Assembly: GCA_964569575.1 (NCBI GenBank) | Contig: CAZMTL010000001.1 | Span: forward strand, 67,503 to 131,502 | Source: an uncultured Gammaproteobacteria bacterium | GTDB lineage: Bacteria > Patescibacteriota > Patescibacteriia > UBA9934 | Reading direction: 5' to 3' | DNA: 64,000 nt | In this document: piece after piece, positions 47,902-56,400 of the stretch | Layout of the letters: each line of letters starts with the position of its first letter | Numbering within the stretch: position 1 is the stretch's first letter | Made by a program: the position numbers and the translations under genes | The notes under the pieces: model-generated | The model's input: only the letters and a program-made list of their open reading frames with translations | What the model was told of the DNA's origin: nothing | Databases searched by the model: none

Positions 47902-48657
47902 TTATTCTGTTACTGCTGGTGCTGCATCTGGGGCTGTTGCTGGTTCGCCGCCGATGGTTTCTACGGTTACTTTTAGCATTTTGTCACCCATTTCGATGGT
48001 GTCGATGATTTCGATCCCTTCGGTTACTTGGCCAAAAATGCTGTAGAGGTTTGGCATGTTTGCTGAAGGGATGTTGTCTAGCATGATGAAGAACTGACTT
48101 CCATTCGTATCTGGTCCTGCGTTTGCCATTGCTACTAGTCCACGCTGGTAGAGCGATCGGTTCGCGTCTGCGTTCATGGCTGCTTGTACCTCTGCTGGCA
48201 CGTGGTCTGCACCTACTTCATCTTCGAATCGGTACCCTGGACCTCCTCGCCCTGTTCCTGTTGGGTCTCCTCCCTGAATAACGAAGTCTTCAACGACTCG
48301 GTGGAACGTAAGTTCGTCGTAGTATCCCTGTTCCGCTAGATAAACAAAGTTAGAAACGGTTAAAGGAGCTGTTTCGTTGAACAACTTGAAGACGATTGTT
48401 CCCTTTTCTGTTTCGAGGCGAATTTGTTTGTTCGCAATTTTTTCGTCTGGTAGTACTCCTGGGTGTGCTAGTTCGTTCATAGGTTCGATTTGATTAGTTT
48501 CTTCTCCTTCAGTTTGCTCGCCTCCGTCTGGCAGCTCGGTACCGGATGAATTCTGGTCCGTATCGTACTGATACAGATCCGTGGTTGTTGCAGGATTGCA
48601 TCCTGCGCCCATCAGAAATAATAGTCCTCCCCCCAAAACGAGTAGTGAGTATTTCAT
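47902..48657 (-). CDS. peptidyl-prolyl cis-trans isomerase, cyclophilin-type (lipoprotein)
   Basis: Lipobox LLFLMGAGC; cyclophilin core TFHRVVEDFVIQGGDPTGTGRGGPGYRFEDE. Confidence 0.9.
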   Translation of the reverse strand: MKYSLLVLGGGLLFLMGAGCNPATTTDLYQYDTDQNSSGTELPDGGEQTEGEETNQIEPMNELAHPGVLPDEKIANKQIRLETEKGTIVFKLFNETAPLTVSNFVYLAEQGYYDELTFHRVVEDFVIQGGDPTGTGRGGPGYRFEDEVGADHVPAEVQAAMNADANRSLYQRGLVAMANAGPDTNGSQFFIMLDNIPSANMPNLYSIFGQVTEGIEIIDTIEMGDKMLKVTVETIGGEPATAPDAAPAVTE

Positions 48658-48661
48658 AAAA

Positions 48662-48973
48662 TTAGTCTACTTGATAATACGTTTGAACTGACTCTAATTC
48701 TTTTTCTTGCAACGCAAGTGCGTGTACCGAAGTGACAAGAACGGCGGTGAGGGAAAAAACGAGTACAAGCAGAAGCGCCGTGAGCTCGATACTTCCAACC
48801 GGTAACGCATTACAGCTTGCGCATACGTGCGCGTTTGTTGGTTGCTGGGTTGGTAGTGTCGCTTTTACCATCGGCGGTTTTCGGGTAGCTGGTTTTTTCT
48901 TTGCTGCTACTTTTTTCCGCGTGGCTACTTTGCGCGTGCTTGTTTTTGTGCCTTCCGTTGTTTTTGTCGGCAT
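48662..48973 (-). CDS. hypothetical small membrane protein with basic N-terminus
   Basis: KKVAAKKKPATRKPP then TM IELTALLLVLVFSLTAVLV; 4 nt from PPIase gene. Confidence 0.5.
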   Translation of the reverse strand: MPTKTTEGTKTSTRKVATRKKVAAKKKPATRKPPMVKATLPTQQPTNAHVCASCNALPVGSIELTALLLVLVFSLTAVLVTSVHALALQEKELESVQTYYQVD

Positions 48974-49060
48974 ACGTCCTCCTAAAGAATAGTGTTAGTC
49001 GTTAATACTGCTTTCAGTATAACAAATTTTCTGATTGGTTCAACTTGAGTTGTGCTCATT

Positions 49061-50092
49061 CTACACATCTTCCCATGGCAACCCATCACGACCAAACTGT
49101 CCATGAATCGCCACTCGGCCGTAGTGAGGTGTTGCGAGCTGAAGACGCTCAACAATGGCTTCGATTCGGAAATCGTATTCTTTTTCTACCATCGCTTTTA
49201 AATTTTGACCTGTTCCAGAAACAGCTTCGAGAAATACTGGTTCTTTTTGACCAAGCCCGTATCCCACAGAAATCAGTACATTTCCTGCAACACCTTTTTT
49301 TACCAATTCTTTTGCAGCGAATCGGGACATGTAGAGACCAGCTCGTGCTGGGTGATGCGGATCTTTTCCGCTGAACGACGACCCTCCCCACGGAAGTAGA
49401 CCGCCATATGTGTCGGAAACTTCTTTTCTGCCCGAACTTCCACTTGCGGCCATAAATCCACCAATAGTGAAGTTGCCGGCGAAGTTGATGCTCAGTTTCA
49501 TTCCTTCGGTATCCCCCAGAATCGGCGTGAGTACTTCTTCGAGCAGTAGACGTTGAATTTGAGATCGGTCGATGGAATCGGTGTGCTGAACAGCTAGGTT
49601 TACGATCTTTACTTTGTCGCCGTCGGCCGCTACCTGCACCTTGCCGTCTGGAAGCAGGAAGGCGTAGCGCGCATCAGTTACGCGTAAATCGGTGATGCGT
49701 CGAGCGATTGCTTGTGCGTACACGAGTGCTCGAGGGAGCATTTCGCGCGTTTCTTTGGTTGCGTATCCGTGTGTAATAACGGTTCCTTGTGCGCCGCCTT
49801 TTACAGCTATTTTTGCCAGGTCTTCACTTGCGCGTTCAATATTCACAAATGGCTCGATGCCATCAACGTAACCTATCTTTGTGTAGATGTTTTGAGCGAG
49901 GGTAGCAACATCAAAATCTGCTCGCGAATCGGCTACTCCGCCGATCATGAGCATTCCGTGCGAACCAAGCGCCTGAATATTGAGTCGGCTTTTTGGATCT
50001 CGTTTTAAATACTCATCCAAAATACCATCGACAATCTGATCGCAAATTTTATCTGGGTGACCTGAAAATGGAACTTCAACCGCTTTAAGCAT
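49061..50092 (-). CDS. metK: S-adenosylmethionine synthetase (alternative start 50122)
   Basis: GHPDKICDQIVD, GGSSFSGKDPHHPARAGLYMSRFAAKELV (MetK GGGAFSGKD signature region). Confidence 0.88.
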   Translation of the reverse strand: MLKAVEVPFSGHPDKICDQIVDGILDEYLKRDPKSRLNIQALGSHGMLMIGGVADSRADFDVATLAQNIYTKIGYVDGIEPFVNIERASEDLAKIAVKGGAQGTVITHGYATKETREMLPRALVYAQAIARRITDLRVTDARYAFLLPDGKVQVAADGDKVKIVNLAVQHTDSIDRSQIQRLLLEEVLTPILGDTEGMKLSINFAGNFTIGGFMAASGSSGRKEVSDTYGGLLPWGGSSFSGKDPHHPARAGLYMSRFAAKELVKKGVAGNVLISVGYGLGQKEPVFLEAVSGTGQNLKAMVEKEYDFRIEAIVERLQLATPHYGRVAIHGQFGRDGLPWEDV

Positions 50093-50142
50093 ATCGACGT
50101 GTTTACGAAGCGAAGGTATCATGAAAAAAGAGATGCTTCAAT

Positions 50143-50310
50143 ATGACTTTTTCCACTGAACTACCCATTGATCCAAATACGGACGGCGCCACAGATTGTG
50201 ATGCCGTGTGCCCTGTGTGTTCCACACCGCTTTTGCAAGAGAAATGTAAGGTGATTTGTCGAAGCGCTGTTTGTACCTATCGGATTGTGTTTAATTGTTC
50301 CGAATTTTGA
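50143..50310 (+). CDS. possible small Cys-rich zinc-ribbon protein (55 aa)
   Basis: 8 Cys in CxxC-like spacing (DCDAVCPVCS...CKVICRSAVCTYRIVFNC); weak RBS; too short for ORF track. Confidence 0.3.
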   Translation: MTFSTELPIDPNTDGATDCDAVCPVCSTPLLQEKCKVICRSAVCTYRIVFNCSEF

Positions 50311-50395
50311 GGCTTTTCTGGGCTTTTGATGATTACTCAATTACTTGACTTCTTTCCTGATTTAGCCTATACTTCGCCAAAGTAACATCGATTCT

Positions 50396-50551
50396 ATGTC
50401 TCAAGATAACATGATTAAGCTAGAGTGTACGGCTTGCAAAACCGATAACTACCGCTCTCGCAAGAACAAAAAGATCCACAAAGATCGACTTGAAATCAAC
50501 AAATTCTGCAAATCTTGCGGAAAGCACGTTGGTCACAAGGAAACAAAATAA
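50396..50551 (+). CDS. rpmG: 50S ribosomal protein L33
   Basis: MSQDNMIKLECTACKTDNYRSRKNKKIHKDRLEINKFCKSCGKHVGHKETK matches the L33 CxxC..CxxC pattern; followed by terminator. Confidence 0.85.
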   Translation: MSQDNMIKLECTACKTDNYRSRKNKKIHKDRLEINKFCKSCGKHVGHKETK

Positions 50552-50577
50552 CGCCACTCGGCGTTATTTTGTTTTAG
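50552..50577 (+). terminator. rho-independent terminator of rpmG
   Basis: aacgcc-actc-ggcgtt followed by ATTTTGTTTT; same hairpin as 52754-52769 in opposite orientation. Confidence 0.6.
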
Positions 50578-51410
50578 CGAACACGCGCAACTTCCGCGCT
50601 TAGCTCGATGAGTTGCTCTGCTCGTTTGAGCGAAATGTCTAGTTTGTGAGCCAGTTCTTCGGGTTCTTGCTTAGCTACGTCCTTGCACAACAGCAAATTT
50701 ACCGATGCAAATGATTGTAGTTCGGCGGGCGTGAGTTGATCAATCACTGTTACCGGATAGAGCCCTCGGGAGTCGATCAACTTTTCGATCGCTAGTTCTC
50801 CACCTGATTTCCAGCCAATCGTTTTCATTCCTTTACATCTTGCATAGGTACTTGCGTGCTCCGAAAATCGCGCGTTCGTTACAATCCACGCTGTATCAAC
50901 TGGCTCGCACTTTCCTTCTGCGGCACCGTCTTGTAAATCAAGAAATCGTGCCCAAGTTGCAAGTGTATCTTTACTATTTACATAATCACCAATTCGGTTG
51001 CGAAATTTTGCTTCGATCATAATTCGCTCGCCGTTCTTCTCCGCCAGAACATCTACCTCGTGAGTTATGCACGAACCCTGAATGTCGTTTTTTGGATTTT
51101 CGGCCGTAAACCCGTGCTCATTCAAGATAGCGGCTACATAGACTTCAAAATGAAATCCAGCCGGACCCAGCATCATAATGGCATCGCGCAGGCTGTATCG
51201 GCAGGCATAGCAGACATTTTGCTTTTGCAGGCGTTCGAATACAAATTTATACAACTCCTGAGTTGTCCATCCACTTTTTAATGACTCGTAGACTTCGGTG
51301 ATAATTCGATCCTCTACTTCTTTTGCTGCACCGGTTCGACGAATACTTGTACGTACTTTTTCTTCGCTAAACGGAACTCGGTCACCGTTCATTTTGATTA
51401 CCTCCATCAT
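50574..51410 (-). CDS. ATP-cone domain fused to restriction-endonuclease-like (PD-(D/E)xK, Mrr-cat-type) domain protein
   Basis: N-terminal ATP-cone (EVIKMNGDRVPFSEEKVRTSIRRTGA); later ITHEVDVLAEKNGERIMIEAKFR = D..(E/Q)xK nuclease core. Confidence 0.68.
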   Translation of the reverse strand: MMEVIKMNGDRVPFSEEKVRTSIRRTGAAKEVEDRIITEVYESLKSGWTTQELYKFVFERLQKQNVCYACRYSLRDAIMMLGPAGFHFEVYVAAILNEHGFTAENPKNDIQGSCITHEVDVLAEKNGERIMIEAKFRNRIGDYVNSKDTLATWARFLDLQDGAAEGKCEPVDTAWIVTNARFSEHASTYARCKGMKTIGWKSGGELAIEKLIDSRGLYPVTVIDQLTPAELQSFASVNLLLCKDVAKQEPEELAHKLDISLKRAEQLIELSAEVARVR

Positions 51411-51534
51411 ATCGATCAGTATAGCACGTTGAAACAGCAGCTGTTTTCGCTCGTTTTAGCTTATGCATTCTCTTTGCCTGTGGATTACTTGGCCTCGCCT
51501 TGCGCATGCGGTTTTTTTTGTGTAGTTTTAAAAT

Positions 51535-52737
51535 ATGAAACGGTGGATTTTTCTTGTCATTATCCTGATCCTCACCGTCGCTTCCCTCCTGATTCTTGGC
51601 TACTTCGCCTTCATCAAACAGCACGCCATTGCCTCACCCTGGCAACGACCGGCAACACTTGAAGAAGTTGCAGACGAAGTACTGGCCGACCGGCTTAAAA
51701 AAATCAACGAAGGCGAAACGGTGGACTTTGGAAGCGAGCACGAAATTAATGTTTTGGTGCTTGGTTTAGATTCGCGCAAAGGAAATGTTGAACCGCACTG
51801 CGACGCGATTCACATGTTCACCCTTAATACTGATGATTGGAGCGTGCACGTGACATCGGTTCCGCGTGGAACCTACGCCTACATTCCTCCGGGTAATTTA
51901 CCCGAACATGAATACTATCTCGCGAATGCCTGTTCGTATGCCGGATTAGATTATGGCGTTTCGCAGATCGAAAAGGTGGTGGGCGTAAAAGCTGACTACG
52001 TCGCAACAGTTGGTTTCTCGCAAGTTCTTGGAATCATGCGAGCGCTCGAATTACCGACAACTGAAAGCTTGCAATGGCTTCGTCACCGGCAAAGTTACGC
52101 GATTGGTGATCCGCAGCGAAGTCACAATCAAGCGGTGTTTATGCGCGACCTTGTTTTGACTCAGAGTAATAAGTTGCGTGGAGACTTTGGTAATACGCTT
52201 CAATATCTGCTTTATTCGATGGTGAACACTGACATGGATTATAAAGTGGCCCGAGCGCTGATCAACGGATATCTGAAATCGGATATCGACGAACGACCTG
52301 ATGATTTTACGCTCAGCATGAAGCCGTACCATCAAACGCAAGATCTCCACCTCGATTTCCAGAATCCTGAAAAACAGATTGAAGAACTATTAGAGCACAT
52401 TCGTCCATTCCTCTCAGACGAAGACCTTTCCGATAGACCGTTAAACGAAATTCAGTCTGAACTTATCGACTATCTAGATGAACGCATCGCATCTGACGAA
52501 TCAGTGGCAGACGTTGTAGAGAAGCAACTGTGGCTACAGGTAGAAGATGAGATCGAGCGAGAACGATTGCACTATCTCTTTATTGAGAAATATTCTCGAG
52601 CAAATGCCGAAGAACGCTCGGGAGAGATACTCGATTTATTGACGGAATACATTATTGAAAAAGAAGTGTTTGAACAGGATGAATACGCGCGACTTGGGAA
52701 GGAGCTGCTGGGGGAATTGATTCGAGTGGAGTTATAA
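51535..52737 (+). CDS. LytR-CpsA-Psr (LCP) family cell-envelope phosphotransferase
   Basis: N-terminal TM, then INVLVLGLDSRKG...CDAIHMFTLN (LCP N-terminal core) and acidic C-terminal extension. Confidence 0.72.
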   Translation: MKRWIFLVIILILTVASLLILGYFAFIKQHAIASPWQRPATLEEVADEVLADRLKKINEGETVDFGSEHEINVLVLGLDSRKGNVEPHCDAIHMFTLNTDDWSVHVTSVPRGTYAYIPPGNLPEHEYYLANACSYAGLDYGVSQIEKVVGVKADYVATVGFSQVLGIMRALELPTTESLQWLRHRQSYAIGDPQRSHNQAVFMRDLVLTQSNKLRGDFGNTLQYLLYSMVNTDMDYKVARALINGYLKSDIDERPDDFTLSMKPYHQTQDLHLDFQNPEKQIEELLEHIRPFLSDEDLSDRPLNEIQSELIDYLDERIASDESVADVVEKQLWLQVEDEIERERLHYLFIEKYSRANAEERSGEILDLLTEYIIEKEVFEQDEYARLGKELLGELIRVEL

Positions 52738-52751
52738 GAGTATAAACGAGT

Positions 52752-52775
52752 AAAACGCCGAGTGGCGTTTTTTCG
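52752..52775 (+). terminator. rho-independent terminator of LCP gene
   Basis: aacgcc-gagt-ggcgtt + TTTTTTCG. Confidence 0.6.
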
Positions 52776-52805
52776 TTTTTGAAGTGATGGTTGCACGAAC
52801 CAACT

Positions 52806-52895
52806 CGTTCTCGTCATCTTTTCGGCGAGAATCGAACGCACTTCTCCTCCCTTTCAGGGAGGGCGAGAGGTGATTGCGCGTCGATCGAATGCAAA
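52806..52895. repeat. degenerate copy of composite hairpin repeat family
   Basis: ctcgtcatc...cctccctttcagggaggg...gattgcgcgtcgatcgaatgcaaat parallels the 3' part of copy 3 (ggtttcgcgcggatcgaatgcgaac). Confidence 0.4.
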
Positions 52896-52964
52896 TATAA
52901 TGAAACCTGCGTCGCCTACACCCCCCCCTCTGCTCCCGCAACGAAACGCTGTTGCCGCAGATAA

Positions 52965-52997
52965 AAAAAGAACCTCTTTTACAAGGTTCTTTTTTAT
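52965..52997 (-). terminator. terminator of HU gene (bidirectional)
   Basis: A7-gaacct-cttttaca-aggttc-T6. Confidence 0.6.
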
Positions 52998-53003
52998 GCC
53001 GGA

Positions 53004-53288
53004 TTATAGCAATGCGTCCTTTGCTGCTTTGTTTACTGTGAACTTTAGTACAGTCTTTGCAGGGATCTGGATTTGTTCTCCAGTTGCTGGGTTTCGGCCC
53101 ATTCGAGCATCGCGCTTCTTCTTAGCCATCTTTCCTAGACCTGGAAGCATGATTTCTCCTGAACGCTTAATTTCTTTGTAAATTAGGTTTACTAGTCCAT
53201 CGTAGTGCTGTTCAGCATCTTTCTTAGAAACTCCCCAACCTTCTGCCAAAGCTGCCATCAGCTGAGACTTTGTTAAACGCTTTTCCAT
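53004..53288 (-). CDS. hup: DNA-binding protein HU (94 aa)
   Basis: HU/IHF fold: LTKSQLMAALAEGWGVSKKDAEQ.., ..RNPATGEQIQIPAKTVLKFTV; start set at MEKRLTK. Confidence 0.88.
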   Translation of the reverse strand: MEKRLTKSQLMAALAEGWGVSKKDAEQHYDGLVNLIYKEIKRSGEIMLPGLGKMAKKKRDARMGRNPATGEQIQIPAKTVLKFTVNKAAKDALL

Positions 53289-53408
53289 AAAACAAATCAA
53301 CAATTAATAATTTATGCGTGTATTTTAGCACCAATGTCCATAATCCTCAATGTATTGTGTATAAATCACATGCACAAGCAGCTTTTTCCTGTCAACGAAT
53401 GCTGTGAA

Positions 53409-56400
53409 TTACAGGAACAATCTGCTCACTGCCGGGTTCGCAAGACTGATACGAAGTCGCCCCTCCCACTGTCTATTTGTCTGCTGAATTAGTCCGTGCA
53501 TCTGTTTTGCTACATAATCTTTTTCTGGCCCTGTAATATTACGATCACGCATATGGTCGTAAATTTCGGCTAATTCCAGCAATTCTCGACCAATCTTTTG
53601 CATTGCTTCCAGCTGACCGCGCTGCGTTTTGCTTATCTCCGTCACTGGTCCTTGAGGGTTCGTGAAGAGTGATCGAATCTTTATTGGTGACGGATCTATT
53701 TCTAACTCATCCTTGTTTAGTCCAACAACTTTTCCTCGTTCATCATATTCGAATATAACGCTTCCCTTGTCTCCACCATAGTCGCCCATAATTTCAAAGC
53801 GCGTGTGCGTGTCATCAAGTTTTACAATTAACTGCTCTATTTGATCTGGTACGATTACGTCTCCGAAGTACTTCTGGAATGTTGGGTCTTCCTGGTTGAA
53901 CACCACCTTTCCAACGTTCTCGAGTCTTAGAACTCGTTCGGAAGTCTCTTCTAGAATTCGTTCGTAAGCGACAGAATCCTTCAAACCAGCTTTTTCTAGT
54001 TGCTCGAGCGCGTAAATATCTGCCGCGAGTAGTTTTGCGGCCTTTTCGTACTGACCTGGTCGAGGCACATTCACGTAGAACATGTCTTTTGCACGCTCGA
54101 TGTCGCTTGCCTTTAGATACGGGATCAATTCAGATTCCTTTAATTTACCGTTACTACCAATAGCTTTAGCGACTTCCGCAGGCATTCCGACCGACTCTGG
54201 GGTTGAAGCTGTTTCCGGTATAGCTAGCGGCCTTACTTCCTGTATCGAACCTTCGTACCGTGTCGCGATATCGGTTTTTAGAGCGTCGATGGTTGCTCGA
54301 ATGCTTGAGCGGTCTACTTCTAGTGCACTGTCGTCCATCTTTTCCAGTGAATTGCTGATGAAATTTTCGAATCGTGTTACCGCATCCTTCTCTCCTAGAT
54401 ATTCCGCGTACGCTTGCAGTCGAACTGCTTCTTGCAGCTTGAACAATTCATCTTCGGCAATCACATTCTTTCCGTCACCCGGTCTTACCTTCAACAACGA
54501 TGTAACCGTTTTGTAATCAGAAGATTGAACCTCGCTACGGTCACTTGCCATTAGTGGATTTACCTCTACTGCATCTCCACTAAATACTACATGCTCTCCC
54601 GCAAGTTGTTCAGTTGCATTTATACGCCCTAAACTGATTTCTTTTCGTGCTTCGATCAAGTCTTTTGCGCCAGCACCACTACTTCCGGATACCGATCTTT
54701 CACCTCCCGCTCCGCCTGTTGATACAGTTTCGGTAACCATTGGGCCCTCTGTTCCTCCTGATCCCGTCCCCCCTTCTCCGCCGCCACCGCCTCCTCCGCC
54801 GCCTGGACTTTCAATTGCCTGTAAATTGTTTAATTTGTCGAATACATTACGTTTCAGTTCTTCACTTATTTTTACGAAATCCGTTCGTGTATTATCTCGT
54901 TCCACAACTGTAAGTCGTCGCGCGTAATCCTCAAGTGCAAATGCATATTCCGGAGTTGCCGTCTGACCGTTTTCTTCCATGTCTTTTAGCACGTGTTCGT
55001 AAATCGCGATCATGTTGCGCACCTTTAGCACATCAGAAGACGATTGACCGGCAGATCTAAAGAGCGAAGCTGCCTCTTGCTTTTCGGTGTTCGAAATATC
55101 GTCCATGACTTTTTTGTAATCGATCGTCGTCTGACCGCTTTTCGTTTCGAAATAGTTGATTGGAGCTTGTTCGGTGACCTCCTCAGGATTCGAGATCGAA
55201 TCGGGTGCCTCTAAAGCTTCGACTATACCCAACTGCGCATTGATCGCTTTTGTGTCAATCATGACCCCATCCTGCTCCGCCGCTTTAATTGCCTCTGCCA
55301 AATGATCAATAAGTAGACTCTTTGTTGATTCTGAAATATCCTGCTGCTTCACAAACTTCAAATCCTGCACTAGACTGCTTATTCTTTCTTCGTGTTTAGC
55401 TACTACGCTCGATTCGACCGCTTCTTTATTTTCTACCGCCATTATTACCGAACTAGCTTCATTCGATGTTGCCGAGACAGGCTCGTTCGCGGGTGCTTCA
55501 GGTACCTGAACCTGCTCTCCAGCGGCACCTATCCGAGTCGCAGCCACCTCTTTAGGCATCCGTGGCTGCGCAGTACTCTGCTCTAAAGCTAAACTCTGCT
55601 CAGTCCCAGAACCAATATCTGCAGCCTCTGTCGCTTCGTCACTCCCGAGAGATGAGATACTTTCTGCCATCGGCTGTACGATCTGTTCATTTCCATAATC
55701 CAACACAGTCCCAGCTGCTTGCAGCGAGACCTCTGACGCGCTTAATACGGCATTTTTTGCTACATCTTGCAATGAATTGTTTGCCATCTCTAATAGAGCA
55801 TCAATCGGCTCTGCTGCCCTTGCTACGCCTGACATAAGCATTCCGCCAACCGCCATTCCTCGAGCGAGTTTTGTCATTGCTTGAGTGGTATTCATTACTT
55901 TACCAAGCTTCGACTGAGCATCGCCACCCTGCAACTGCTTCCACCATTCCGAAAACCCGCCAGAAATATACTCGCTTGCTAACGATCCTTCGCGCGTTCC
56001 GGAAGCTCGTTCAGTCTGAACGGTTTGATACCGCTCTAGTGCCGAGAGTGCCGTAAAAGCAGCCGCTCGCGAAGAGAAGATTACACCCGATCCGACACGA
56101 GCACCTGGTACCGGCAGGACTCCGACTGCTATTCCACTCGCAAACATAAGCGAGTTAAGCGATTCTTTTATTACTCGAATACCCGAAACGCGTGTCTTTA
56201 CATGTTCGTCTAGTAACGCATCTCTTTTTGCTGTATACGCTCTTTCTGTCTTGCTTGTCGAGCTGTCATGCTGTGACTTCACCTCCATTAAACGCCGAAG
56301 CAGATCTTCTTTTTTAGCCTTTGGAATATATTTCGATTCAGAAATAGCTTTTTGCATCGCTTCTGTTCGCTGCTTCACCACATCCACTCCCTCTGCTTCT

